This document shows, in pieces, positions 45,777 to 55,193 of a DNA stretch of 64,000 bases. Location: the sequence record KY499642.1, one strand, 5' to 3'. The first letter of the stretch is position 1, and each line of letters opens with the position of its first letter. Made by a program: the position numbers and the translations under genes. Below the pieces are notes generated by a model. The model saw nothing but the letters and a program-made list of their open reading frames with translations. It did no database searches and had not been told where the DNA came from.

Positions 45777-46382
45777 GTGGAATTAACAACATCTGAACAG
45801 CAGCTAATGGCTATCAAAGTACTCGCGGTGGCAATCTGCGTTATCTGTGCACTATTCTGGTTTGTCTTACAAGTGTTGCGTAAACGCCTTGAAGAAGTTA
45901 AAGCAGACCGTGACATATGGCGCGAGCGTTGTCTAGCACATAAGGCAACTATCAATGCTTCAAGCGGTGACCGTATCCGTAAGGATATGGAGGAACGACC
46001 TCGTGTGATAGAGCCGGGTACAGCTACTGTACATAATGCTAGAAAGGCTCAGGACAAGATTAACCAACGTCGCTTTAAAGGTGATGGTGAGAATGGTCGT
46101 AATAAACATGGTCGTTATGGTGAGTCGAATCCTGATCTGGTTGTTGCATCCGCAACCATTGCATCTGGTATGGTGATGGCTGAAGTCATTGATGAGATTG
46201 GTGACATGCTGGAAGGTAGTCAAGATGACGAGCCTAACTTCGATGTTCATCCAATGGGCGTATCTGGTTTAGAAGAATCAGGTACAACTTTCTCAGACTG
46301 GAAATCAGAGCCTGAGTGCGAACCTGTGCAAGAACCAGCAGCGGACTCCTACGCTTCTGATTCCGACAGTTCGTATGACTAA
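45777..46382 (+). CDS. Membrane-anchored protein with acidic Ser/Asp tail
   Basis: 201 aa, TM near N-terminus, low-complexity C-terminus. Confidence 0.7.
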   Translation: MELTTSEQQLMAIKVLAVAICVICALFWFVLQVLRKRLEEVKADRDIWRERCLAHKATINASSGDRIRKDMEERPRVIEPGTATVHNARKAQDKINQRRFKGDGENGRNKHGRYGESNPDLVVASATIASGMVMAEVIDEIGDMLEGSQDDEPNFDVHPMGVSGLEESGTTFSDWKSEPECEPVQEPAADSYASDSDSSYD

Positions 46383-46890
46383 CTTTATGGATAGTATTCC
46401 AGAGGGCATGCATGGCCCTCTTCTTTTTTTATCCTTCGTAGCACTGGTACTTCTTAACACGATAGTTACTCATATGTGGAGAAAGGCACGTAATGCTTAT
46501 TTTGAGTATACCTTGTGGAAGTGTCAGGAAGAAATCTTACGGGATAAGTTAGAGAACAAACGTCTACGTAAAGCGTTCTATGAACGTCGACTAAAGTATG
46601 GTCGGGCAGCAGGTGCGAAGTGTTCTATTGACCCTGAGCATTTAGTTGAAGGTCAAATCGTCTATACGTATCGTACAGACCGTCCCTTTTACGTTACGTC
46701 AGTGCGCGGTCGCTATGGGTTAAACTGTTCAGTGCCGATGGTATGTTATCGTAACATATTCGACACAGACGATGCCGAGTCCGATACTCTCTGGCATCTA
46801 GAAGAGTCAATATTCCTGAAACAGTTTTATACTTACGGTGAGAATATCAATGACTACAACGAACAACAAATCAAATCAATGGCATCCTGA
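46375..46890 (+). CDS. Membrane-anchored protein with possible DUF1653/SH3-like domain
   Basis: TM then GQIVY....PFYVT....PMVCYRN...W....F. Confidence 0.55.
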   Translation: MTNFMDSIPEGMHGPLLFLSFVALVLLNTIVTHMWRKARNAYFEYTLWKCQEEILRDKLENKRLRKAFYERRLKYGRAAGAKCSIDPEHLVEGQIVYTYRTDRPFYVTSVRGRYGLNCSVPMVCYRNIFDTDDAESDTLWHLEESIFLKQFYTYGENINDYNEQQIKSMAS

Positions 46891-47431
46891 CTTTGCTCCG
46901 TCGTTCACTCCAAAAGAGATGATTGACATGGGCATCTTCGAGGGTATCTATACACATGCTATCGAGGGGATTCCAGCAGACTGGTTAAACAGTCCTAAGG
47001 TATTACCTCGTGGAGTTGACCCTGACCCGTCTTTAAACCACTACGGTGTGAAATCAAGACAGAGTCTAAAAGAATGGCAAGAGAAAGGATGGACTACGGA
47101 ACATTCCCCATTAGGTTGGTGGCAATGGTACTGTCTGTACTTCTTAGGTCGTCGCATCCCCGGTGAGGATGAGAAACAAATAGAACGTTGGCGTGGTTTC
47201 ATTTCAAGACATCAAGCGCAAGTAACCAAAGCTTGTCGTTTAGATGACCCTGAGTGTCACCCAAGACAACGTCAAGGGCTTTTGCAGTGGGGTTGGGACT
47301 CTACTACTAAGTTCACTCCGAAACAGCGTGAAGAGAATCTCAAGCGTGTTTCAAAAGCAGCTGGTTGTGAAATCGGCGAGTTCCCGGCAGTGGAACAATA
47401 TGTTGGTAAGCCTAAGTCTTTAGGTTGGTAA
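46850..47431 (+). CDS. Conserved Trp-rich hypothetical protein
   Basis: F.PSFTP.EM...GIFEG.Y, NHYGVKS, GWWQWYC.Y..GRR...D..QI.RW, RQRQGLLQW: widespread phage/bacterial family of unknown function from memory. Confidence 0.75.
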   Translation: MTTTNNKSNQWHPDFAPSFTPKEMIDMGIFEGIYTHAIEGIPADWLNSPKVLPRGVDPDPSLNHYGVKSRQSLKEWQEKGWTTEHSPLGWWQWYCLYFLGRRIPGEDEKQIERWRGFISRHQAQVTKACRLDDPECHPRQRQGLLQWGWDSTTKFTPKQREENLKRVSKAAGCEIGEFPAVEQYVGKPKSLGW

Positions 47432-47455
47432 GTAATTAGAAAAGAGTAAATAAGA

Positions 47456-48811
47456 ATGAAACAATATCTAAATGTAGCGGAAGATATCATTGACAACGGT
47501 ATGGAACAGGAGAACCGTACTGGCGTTAACACACTCTCCGTCTTTGGCCGTGATTTACGAGTTGACCTGCTCGACGGCTTCCCTGCTCCGACTACAAAGA
47601 AAGGTTTCTTCAAAGGTGCTAAAGTTGAACTGACTTGGATGCTAAAAGGTTTGACCAACCTTGAGTTCTTGCATCAACATGGCGTCATGTTCTGGGACCA
47701 ATGGGCTATCAAAGGAGAGCATAAGGTTCTCAAGCCATTGGGTGAACTTAAGACGTCTGCAATGTTGATGGGTAAGTCAGTCAACGAAGACCTGTACAAT
47801 GCTGGTGATATCGAAGCTCTTGAAGCTGAGCTCGGCATGGAAGTAGCGGATGTAGTAGATGACCGTTACGTTGAAATCCCACCTACTTACGAATACGTAC
47901 TCGATGCTGTATGTGAATCATTCGGTTTAGGTAAGGATGACGCTGAGAAGAAGATGATGGAAGTGTTCCATACACACCGTCCTCTACACAGCGGTTTCGG
48001 TATCACTAAGCAAGAAGTGGCTGATGCTAACGCACGTTCTATGAAGCTGCCTGAGAAGGTTCGTCTCAAGACATGTGAAGTTGGTGACCTTGGTCCAGTG
48101 TATGGTCAGATGATCCGTAACTTCCCTAACTCGGATGGTACAACAACTGACCAACTACAGACGTTAGTTGATGGTCTATTGAACAACCCACTATCACGTC
48201 GCCACTTAGTTGACCTGTGGTGTCCTGAGATGCTTCCTGACGAGACTAAGTCTCCTCAAGAGAACGTTGCCTTGGGTAAACAAGCGTTGGCTCCTTGTCA
48301 CATGCTGTGGACGTTTAAAGTATTGAAGGCGAAAGAAGAAGACCGTCGTAAGTACCTTGACCTGAACTACAAGCAGTTCCGTCTTGACCATTTGAAAGAC
48401 TTGGTTGAAGAAGAGATGAAGGTGAAAGGTGGTTCATTGTCACCTGAGCAGGAATACGAAGTCCTACTTAGCTGCGTGCCTGAATATCGTCTGAACCTAC
48501 ATACACAACTTCGTTCAAACGACTGGCCTGCTGGCAACCCTGTGAACTTCATGTTCTACGCGATTCTGTGTGAACTTGCTGCGCATCAGACTGGTTTCAT
48601 TCCGGGCGAGCTGTGGTTAACCGCTACAGATGCGCACGTGTACGTTGACCAGATTGAAGGTATTAAAGAGCAGCTAACTCGTGAACCGTACCCACTTCCA
48701 CGTCTACGTATTAAAGCGAAACGTGCGAACCTCTGGGATTACGAACCGGAAGACTTCGAGTTGGAAGGTTACCAATGTCATGACACAATCAAATTTGCAG
48801 TAGCGAAGTAA
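47456..48811 (+). CDS. thyA: Thymidylate synthase with large insertions
   Basis: NRTG, FP..TTKK, EL.W, FWDQWA, GDLGPVYG, LAPCH (catalytic Cys), RSND, GNPVN, DAHVY. Confidence 0.95.
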   Translation: MKQYLNVAEDIIDNGMEQENRTGVNTLSVFGRDLRVDLLDGFPAPTTKKGFFKGAKVELTWMLKGLTNLEFLHQHGVMFWDQWAIKGEHKVLKPLGELKTSAMLMGKSVNEDLYNAGDIEALEAELGMEVADVVDDRYVEIPPTYEYVLDAVCESFGLGKDDAEKKMMEVFHTHRPLHSGFGITKQEVADANARSMKLPEKVRLKTCEVGDLGPVYGQMIRNFPNSDGTTTDQLQTLVDGLLNNPLSRRHLVDLWCPEMLPDETKSPQENVALGKQALAPCHMLWTFKVLKAKEEDRRKYLDLNYKQFRLDHLKDLVEEEMKVKGGSLSPEQEYEVLLSCVPEYRLNLHTQLRSNDWPAGNPVNFMFYAILCELAAHQTGFIPGELWLTATDAHVYVDQIEGIKEQLTREPYPLPRLRIKAKRANLWDYEPEDFELEGYQCHDTIKFAVAK

Positions 48812-48818
48812 TCTAAGC

Positions 48819-48845
48819 GGTAGGTGTTTCGGCACCTACCCTTTT
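48819..48845 (+). terminator. Probable weak terminator
   Basis: GGTAGGTG-TTTCGG-CACCTACC-CT4. Confidence 0.6.
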
Positions 48846-48859
48846 ATGCAGGGACTATT

Positions 48860-49195
48860 ATGAAAGACGAGTTTAAAACCGCTAGTGATTGGACGTTAGA
48901 CATGGTGCGTAAGAATGGGACTTACGTGGCTGCATTCCTTACATCTAGCTACATCTACTACCATTGGGATCACATGCGTCCTATTTGTACAGATGAAACC
49001 TTTGACCAAATCTGTAAAGAACTCTTAGAGAAGTGGGATGAGATTGAGCACAAACACAAGCATCTTATCAGTAAGGATGACTTGCGTGTGGGTTCAGGCT
49101 TCTCGTTAAAAGAGTCAGACTATCCAAGTATTGTAGCAACGGTTGCATTATCGATGTCGAACCGTCGATTGACTATTCCTGACTGGAGAAGATAA
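48860..49195 (+). CDS. Stand-alone NAD-dependent DNA ligase subdomain Ia (Nlig-Ia)-like protein
   Basis: SYIYYHWDHMRPICTDETFDQICKEL parallels LigA YY..D.P.+SD.EYD.L..EL; no adenylation domain follows. Confidence 0.7.
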   Translation: MKDEFKTASDWTLDMVRKNGTYVAAFLTSSYIYYHWDHMRPICTDETFDQICKELLEKWDEIEHKHKHLISKDDLRVGSGFSLKESDYPSIVATVALSMSNRRLTIPDWRR

Positions 49196-49482
49196 TGAAG
49201 AAATTCAGACTGAACAATGGCGAATGGACAGATAACGTATTACCGTACTGTTTATTTGAGACAGTGAAAGAAGTTAACGAATGTGACCTACGCGCACGTT
49301 CTAAAAAACCAATTCCCGCAGGAGCTCAATTAGAAGACGCTAGGGTATTCCAAAACTATTATGGCGTGTATGTTTCCTGTCGTTACGAGGGCGAACATTA
49401 CAACATCGAAGCAACTGACGTTAAAGCTATCGTCACAGAAGCCGCTGAAGAAGAGATTCGAAAGATGAGGACGGGCTGGTGA
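49195..49482 (+). CDS. Hypothetical protein
   Basis: 95 aa, TAATG coupling. Confidence 0.7.
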   Translation: MKKFRLNNGEWTDNVLPYCLFETVKEVNECDLRARSKKPIPAGAQLEDARVFQNYYGVYVSCRYEGEHYNIEATDVKAIVTEAAEEEIRKMRTGW

Positions 49483-49643
49483 AAAACTTTATGGCATTAA
49501 TTTACATATTCAGATATCAGATAGGAGCATCTGTTGTCGCTTTGCTTTTATATCTCATGTACTTAGTTGTAACTGCATGGGTGGGCAAGCCTAACAGCGT
49601 GTGGATAATCTGTGAAATGTTAAGCATCAATGTATGCAATTAA
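49479..49643 (+). CDS. Small membrane protein (54 aa; absent from ORF track)
   Basis: GTGA overlap with upstream stop, GAGGA SD; MKNFMALIYIFRYQIGASVVALLLYLMYLVVTAWVGKPNSVWIICEMLSINVCN fills the gap exactly. Confidence 0.55.
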   Translation: MKNFMALIYIFRYQIGASVVALLLYLMYLVVTAWVGKPNSVWIICEMLSINVCN

Positions 49644-49655
49644 AAAGGATAACAA

Positions 49656-50420
49656 ATGCAATTCTTTATCTTTGGGTTGAAAATCCCAACTGGCAAACGT
49701 TCAGTAGTAATCAATGCACCACTTAAGTGTGAATCCCTCGGTATCATGATTAATGATGAGATGGTCAAGGACTATGACGTTAAGGGACGTTTGAATCTGT
49801 ACGCTAATCTCATCCACAGTCTAGCCCACCTGTACCAATCTGCAAATGTGATGAACAACGCTCTTGTAGAGAACCTGAAGTCGATTCAGAGCGCTATTGA
49901 AGAGCAGGGCGCGTTACTGGAGCTACGTACTGGCTGGTCAAAGAAAATGGTATCCGCAAGTGACGAGTTGGAACTGGAATTCTTCATTAATGAAGTTGAC
50001 CAATACGGCGTTCCGTTGGATGCAGATGATCCTGATGGATATCTGGTTGCGCGTTATAGCATTGATGACTTCGACATGGTTCCAGTTGCCGTTGAACTTA
50101 AGAAGCATATGACTGCCCAGTCACGTGCAGTAGCTTACGAGCAACTGTTTGGTTTATTGCGTGAACACTCTCCTGAGAAAGAAGAGCGCAATGCATGGTT
50201 CAAACAACTGGAAGGGATTTTCAAGAACGACGAACATCCTATCGTTAAGAACACTTACTGGACGCGTAGCTTTAGTAGCGGTGAATTGAGTGTGGAAATT
50301 ACATTCCGCCCGCTTGAAGATTTAGCAGACCTTTGTGAATTTGAAGGTACGTGCGGTCTGAACATTATGAAAGATGGCGAGAAGTCATTCCTACGTGTAG
50401 AGGAGTTACCGGATGCATGA
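49656..50420 (+). CDS. Hypothetical protein
   Basis: 254 aa, AAGGA SD. Confidence 0.75.
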   Translation: MQFFIFGLKIPTGKRSVVINAPLKCESLGIMINDEMVKDYDVKGRLNLYANLIHSLAHLYQSANVMNNALVENLKSIQSAIEEQGALLELRTGWSKKMVSASDELELEFFINEVDQYGVPLDADDPDGYLVARYSIDDFDMVPVAVELKKHMTAQSRAVAYEQLFGLLREHSPEKEERNAWFKQLEGIFKNDEHPIVKNTYWTRSFSSGELSVEITFRPLEDLADLCEFEGTCGLNIMKDGEKSFLRVEELPDA

Positions 50421-51234
50421 AACACCTAAGGTGACAGAGCTAGGCATTACTCACGTGAATGAATCAAAACCTAACGTTCGCTTATTGGTAGCTGGCACAT
50501 TTGCTAACGCTGCACACTTAGCGGTTGGTCAGAAACGTAAGTACACGGGTGAGCCTTATATCGTACACCCTGCGGAAGTTGTACGTATCCTAGAGCAACA
50601 TGGCATCATCGACGGTACGACTTTAGAAGCGGCATGGTTGCATGATGTAGTGGAAGATACGAAGGTTACTGAAGATGCTATCCTAACACTGTTTGGTATT
50701 GATACGCACTACGTTGTCAAGACTGTAACGATGGAAGAGCATCCTGCTAATGTTGACCGTGCTGCCCGTATGTCGCTAGAACGTGCACGTTGGCGTGCTG
50801 GCGACCATCGTGTTAAGAACGTGAAGTGTGCTGACTTAATCAGTAATGGTCGCTCTATCATTGAACATGACCCAACGTTTGCGGTTGTCTTCATGAACGA
50901 AGTGCGTCTAGCGTTATCTGATCTGTTGGGCGCTAAACCATCGCTGCATGCAGAGCTTAAGAAGATGGTCGATGACTACTTCGATAACATGTTGGCTGAA
51001 CGTATTGGTGCTAAGTACTACCGTACTAAGATTATCAATGACACGTCCGGCGTGTATATGGGTGCAAAAGCAAAAGGTTCAGAGTTACGCATTCGTATCC
51101 GTAAACCATGGGATAAGACTACCTCACAGTTGGGTGACCTATTCCCTAGCAATATGCCGATTACATTAACGGCAGATTGTAGAGTGTATATCGGTGAAAC
51201 TTACCATCCTGAATTAGACGTGGAGCTTTGCTAA
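50413..51234 (+). CDS. SpoT/Mesh1-like HD-domain (p)ppGpp hydrolase
   Basis: AH..VGQKRKYTGEPYIVHP, AAWLHDVVEDT, VKCADLISN. Confidence 0.85.
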   Translation: MHETPKVTELGITHVNESKPNVRLLVAGTFANAAHLAVGQKRKYTGEPYIVHPAEVVRILEQHGIIDGTTLEAAWLHDVVEDTKVTEDAILTLFGIDTHYVVKTVTMEEHPANVDRAARMSLERARWRAGDHRVKNVKCADLISNGRSIIEHDPTFAVVFMNEVRLALSDLLGAKPSLHAELKKMVDDYFDNMLAERIGAKYYRTKIINDTSGVYMGAKAKGSELRIRIRKPWDKTTSQLGDLFPSNMPITLTADCRVYIGETYHPELDVELC

Positions 51235-51620
51235 TGGCATTACTGTTTAGACAACACGTTCCTAACTTCATAAGTGGCGCGGAAAGCAAAGAAGTTGAGT
51301 ATGTTGACTTAGCCCAAATCAAAGAGTTCAGTCACATTAAGAACCTTATGGCTGAGCCTGACTTCCTTGAGCTGGCTAAAACCGAACTCCGCACACCGTT
51401 TGATGATCGCGGTGACTTCTTAATCAGTGCATTCTTTAAAGACTCACATATCGTTGTTGGTTATATACGTGCCAATAATCAAGACGAGATGAAGCAGTTA
51501 AAGATTGTACAGGAAGGTATGGAACTACGTGACTGGGAAGATGCTAAAGCAGAATTAGACCGTCGCCGTGATGAACTAATACCTCGATTTAAAAACAACT
51601 GGGTGAGAGAAGATGGCTAA
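51228..51620 (+). CDS. Conserved phage hypothetical protein
   Basis: RQHVPNFISG.E ... IVVGYI pattern recalled from other phages. Confidence 0.7.
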   Translation: MLMALLFRQHVPNFISGAESKEVEYVDLAQIKEFSHIKNLMAEPDFLELAKTELRTPFDDRGDFLISAFFKDSHIVVGYIRANNQDEMKQLKIVQEGMELRDWEDAKAELDRRRDELIPRFKNNWVREDG

Positions 51621-51861
51621 CCAATACATCGTAACCGAACATAACGTAACACCGGGCACATGTCGTGTAATGGCACAACTGAAACTGTCAGACATGCCTG
51701 GTCGTGACAATGGGCCAACCTACCGCTTAATGAAACAAGTTGGTACGTCTAACTTTGAACTGCGTGAAGATTTTAAAGAAGGTACTATCTTCACCATCAA
51801 AGGTGGTAATCCGGTAATCGCAGGTAAGGTCTACGAGACACTTACACTTCGCGAACAATAA
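51613..51861 (+). CDS. Hypothetical protein
   Basis: 82 aa in operon. Confidence 0.65.
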   Translation: MANQYIVTEHNVTPGTCRVMAQLKLSDMPGRDNGPTYRLMKQVGTSNFELREDFKEGTIFTIKGGNPVIAGKVYETLTLREQ

Positions 51862-51895
51862 CGGGTATAGTGTGAACAATCATAAAGGAGGCAAT

Positions 51896-52186
51896 ATGCA
51901 CAACTTAAATGGTGAGTTTGCTAAGATTACGGAAGTTCGCACTAAAACCTTTTCAGAAGAAGATAACAGTGCAGTAGTTCGTGTGATGGCGCAAACTGGA
52001 AAATGCAAACTGCTGCTTGTTTGGGATTCCTCTGTTACTGTTAAAGACATCCTGAAACACTTTAAAGAGGGGCAGGAAGTATTAATAGACAAAGGGAAGC
52101 CGTGTGATGAAGACGGCAATATCTTACCACATTACCAATGGCGTGTGGTAAAGACCTTGTCTGATGTAAGCGGGGCTAACAAGTGA
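51896..52186 (+). CDS. Hypothetical protein
   Basis: Start moved to ATG after AAGGAGG. Confidence 0.7.
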   Translation: MHNLNGEFAKITEVRTKTFSEEDNSAVVRVMAQTGKCKLLLVWDSSVTVKDILKHFKEGQEVLIDKGKPCDEDGNILPHYQWRVVKTLSDVSGANK

Positions 52187-53082
52187 AAGAATATGGCAAT
52201 CTAGTCAAAATATGTCAGGACGACTTTGATGATGGTGTTCAAGAGCTGGTACTGAAATTCAGTAATGGTGATAGCATCACACAACGCCGTGTATGGCCGG
52301 ATGTAATCTATCGTGACAATGATGGTAATGATAGTCTACATGAAGTGGTCTACTACTCTGACGAGTTTAAAGAGCTTGAGAAAGCAAACCCTGACGCGGC
52401 ATTTGCACTTATCTGTAAATGCAGTAAGCTGATTGAAGGAACCGACATTAAGCCACAAGCGGTGGCTGTTGAAGACTTCATCGGCGGTCAAGTAGAAATC
52501 CGTGACCAACGTGTTTTACATGAACACTGGTTCCAAGTGATTCAGATGAGCTGTCGTCACTCCCTATGGGAAGGCGGTTGGTCTGAGTACAAAGAACATA
52601 CGTTTGTGAAAGGGCGTGAAGGTGTCGCATGTGTGCTCTACGATAAAGACAGTGATGTGATTGTCCTTATTGAAGAGTTCCGCATCGGCGCTGTCTATGA
52701 AGACAGTCCGTGGATGGTAGGGATTCCTACTGGCGGGTTGGAAGAAGGCGAAGATCCAATGGAAGGCGCTCGACGTGAATGTGAAGAAGAGGCAGGGTTA
52801 AAACCTTACCACATGGAACACATGTTGACTTACAAACAGTCTCCGGGTTTCACTACACATACACAGCACCTGTTCTACGGTTTAGTGGATGCAAGCCAAG
52901 CGCCTGAAAAGGTTCAAGGTTTGGACTCCGAGGGTGAGGACATTCGTGTGGAAGTAATTCCTGCACATGAAGTTCGTTACATGCTCGGTAAGAAAGAGTT
53001 CAAGAATGGTACAGCCATTACTGCACTCCAACAATTCCTAATGTTCCATTACGAATCAGCACGTAGTGTTGTAGAAGCTTAA
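52183..53082 (+). CDS. nudF: ADP-ribose pyrophosphatase (NudF) with extra N-terminal domain
   Basis: Nudix box GGLEEGEDPMEGARRECEEEAGL, LIEEFRIG, SPG, GLDSEGEDIRV; about 100-aa N-terminal extension. Confidence 0.85.
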   Translation: MKEYGNLVKICQDDFDDGVQELVLKFSNGDSITQRRVWPDVIYRDNDGNDSLHEVVYYSDEFKELEKANPDAAFALICKCSKLIEGTDIKPQAVAVEDFIGGQVEIRDQRVLHEHWFQVIQMSCRHSLWEGGWSEYKEHTFVKGREGVACVLYDKDSDVIVLIEEFRIGAVYEDSPWMVGIPTGGLEEGEDPMEGARRECEEEAGLKPYHMEHMLTYKQSPGFTTHTQHLFYGLVDASQAPEKVQGLDSEGEDIRVEVIPAHEVRYMLGKKEFKNGTAITALQQFLMFHYESARSVVEA

Positions 53083-53083
53083 G

Positions 53084-53120
53084 AGATGGCGGGCTTCGGC
53101 TCGCTATCTTTTATTTTTTT
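53084..53120 (+). terminator. Intrinsic terminator
   Basis: AGATGGCGGGC-TTCG-GCTCGCTATCT plus T run. Confidence 0.85.
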
Positions 53121-53165
53121 ATGCCGTGAGAGATATAATGTCAACTAACATATAAGGAACTGACA

Positions 53166-53672
53166 ATGATTGGTATGATTGTAGCGCACGATTTAAATCT
53201 TGCTATCGGTAACAAGGGTAAGTTGCTTTGGCATAGTCCTGAAGACTTACAGCACTTTAAAGAAACAACTATGGGTGGTACGTTGGTATTCGGTCGAGAA
53301 ACTGCCGAGTCCATTGGTCGCCCGTTACCGGGTCGCGAGTGTATTGTCCTATCTAAAGATTTTAATTACCAACTCGACGGTTTTACTACCCTAACACCTG
53401 AAACAATCGATCGTTCTTGGTTAGAAAGTATTGCAGGCGGTAGACCGCTTTGGATCTGCGGTGGCGGTACTATCTACGATCAATGCATGGAGATGGTAGA
53501 TAAGGTAGTGGTGTCTGTAGTGCATACTGAAATTGAAGAAGCGGATGCGTATTTCCCACAATACCGTGGATGGTTGGAAACGAGACGGCTACAGAACAGC
53601 GAACCGTTCATACAGTTCGCACCTAATGAAAAGTGTCCTCATCCTATCAGTGTGTTTGAATACGTAGCATAA
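53166..53672 (+). CDS. folA: Dihydrofolate reductase
   Basis: IVAHD.N.AIG.KGKLLWHSPEDLQHFKETT.G...VFGRET.ESIGRPLPGR, ICGGGTIY, EADAYFP. Confidence 0.95.
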   Translation: MIGMIVAHDLNLAIGNKGKLLWHSPEDLQHFKETTMGGTLVFGRETAESIGRPLPGRECIVLSKDFNYQLDGFTTLTPETIDRSWLESIAGGRPLWICGGGTIYDQCMEMVDKVVVSVVHTEIEEADAYFPQYRGWLETRRLQNSEPFIQFAPNEKCPHPISVFEYVA

Positions 53673-53700
53673 ATTCTTTCAGATATATATCATTCTAGTG
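53670..53700 (+). promoter_or_regulatory. Class A promoter-like motif
   Basis: TAAATTCTTTC-AGATATATATCAT-TCT-AGTG. Confidence 0.75.
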
Positions 53701-53734
53701 GAATTCCATTAAAACCTTTATCTGGGAGCTTAAC

Positions 53735-54226
53735 ATGACTAAACCTAACTATGATAAACCTGTAACTATTGAAGAAGCAGTAGAAGCTGTACGTGAAATC
53801 TCCGAACGTGTGTGGAATGAGGTAACTAGTGAACCTGATTTGACAAGCGATGCACTAGACATCAATGCACGTTTTCAAGAGATGATGATGGAGCTTATGG
53901 TTGGTTCGGCTTACGCTGAAATCGACGGCGATAAACTGAAGTCGTTGAATGTTGCAATGATTGTTGGTATTTCTGAAGACACTCGTTTCAAGGATTACTT
54001 AACCGATCGTTTCTCAACGTTACTTCATTGTTATAAAGACAAAATCGTAGCAATCAAATCGTCCATCGTTTTAGGTACAGTAATCACATTTAACGTAAAT
54101 GGTAAGCATGTTAAGTTCGCTATCGATATGTTTGCTGGACACATTTCACAATTAATCTACTTAGGCGATTCTGAAACAATCAGTCAGGTAGAACTTAATA
54201 TCAATGCTGAACTAGGCATTCGATAA
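53735..54226 (+). CDS. Hypothetical (probably early) protein
   Basis: 163 aa, GGGAG SD. Confidence 0.75.
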   Translation: MTKPNYDKPVTIEEAVEAVREISERVWNEVTSEPDLTSDALDINARFQEMMMELMVGSAYAEIDGDKLKSLNVAMIVGISEDTRFKDYLTDRFSTLLHCYKDKIVAIKSSIVLGTVITFNVNGKHVKFAIDMFAGHISQLIYLGDSETISQVELNINAELGIR

Positions 54227-54312
54227 TTAACCAAGACCGTATCATTCGATACGTAACTTTAACAGTTCGGGGAGCAGGTGTTCCCCACCTTTATTCTAGG
54301 AGATAATCACCC

Positions 54313-54936
54313 ATGGCTAAATCAACTAACAAGAAAGCAGCGCGTAAGAAGAAACCTACTACACGTCGTAGCCACCACGCTGACAGCGCAATCGTAAAAG
54401 CGTGTCATAAGGTTCTGAACGATATGTACTTGTCGTTCTCTTCAACGCATAAGGAAATTCATCGCCATGGAATGGACCAGCTTTCACATTTACTGTCTAA
54501 CCGCGAACCTAAGAAAGTTTTCGGTTACGCAACTAAGGGCAAGTCAGACCTATCTATCGGTAGAGAGGCATTGTTAGCCGACCTTAACGAAACGCCACGT
54601 GAATGGCAATACTGGGTTGGTGTCTTTACTGATGATGGTGATGAAATTGCATGTGAGATTGAAGCAGGCAAAATCAAAGACTGTGTGATGGGAGACTTAA
54701 CTCCAATCATGCCGGAATTAACCACAAACGTATTAAATGAAGACGTCATCAACCAAGACCATGTGAAAGGTTGGGCATGGCTAGCGGCACCGTCAATGTA
54801 CTTAGACTTCGCAGGTTCTGACGACTTCACATTGAAAATGTTTATCGACCGTTTCGATATCTTAAACCAAGACCGTCGCGAAGAGATGAAAGTACTCCAC
54901 CGCGTAAAATACACAGAAGAACAGGCAGCAGCATAA
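54313..54936 (+). CDS. Hypothetical protein, paralogue of 63362
   Basis: 207 aa, basic N-terminus; YWVGVF, GWAWLAAPSMYLDF. Confidence 0.75.
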   Translation: MAKSTNKKAARKKKPTTRRSHHADSAIVKACHKVLNDMYLSFSSTHKEIHRHGMDQLSHLLSNREPKKVFGYATKGKSDLSIGREALLADLNETPREWQYWVGVFTDDGDEIACEIEAGKIKDCVMGDLTPIMPELTTNVLNEDVINQDHVKGWAWLAAPSMYLDFAGSDDFTLKMFIDRFDILNQDRREEMKVLHRVKYTEEQAAA

Positions 54937-55193
54937 TGACATACATCGTTTACGGAATCTTACTTGCGTTCTGGGCAGAAGGTTTCCGCACTTTCTTTCT
55001 CACCGACTTTAAACGCACGTGGGAATTCACCAAAGAGTCTACGGAATGGACTGACCGTGGTCTGGGCGCATTTCTCATGTTGGCGATGTTGGTCTACCCA
55101 ATTACATTCACGCTAGTGGTGTGCGCTGCACTACTGCTAGGTGGTCACGGTACATTCGTTGAGGGCTGCAAGAAAGTATGGGGTACGAAGTAA
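54936..55193 (+). CDS. Small membrane protein
   Basis: 85 aa, two hydrophobic segments. Confidence 0.65.
   Translation: MTYIVYGILLAFWAEGFRTFFLTDFKRTWEFTKESTEWTDRGLGAFLMLAMLVYPITFTLVVCAALLLGGHGTFVEGCKKVWGTK

Noticed and set aside
47700-48080. thyA insertion as an intein or intron
   Set aside because: Frame is open with no Cys/Ser start, His-Asn end or LAGLIDADG motif
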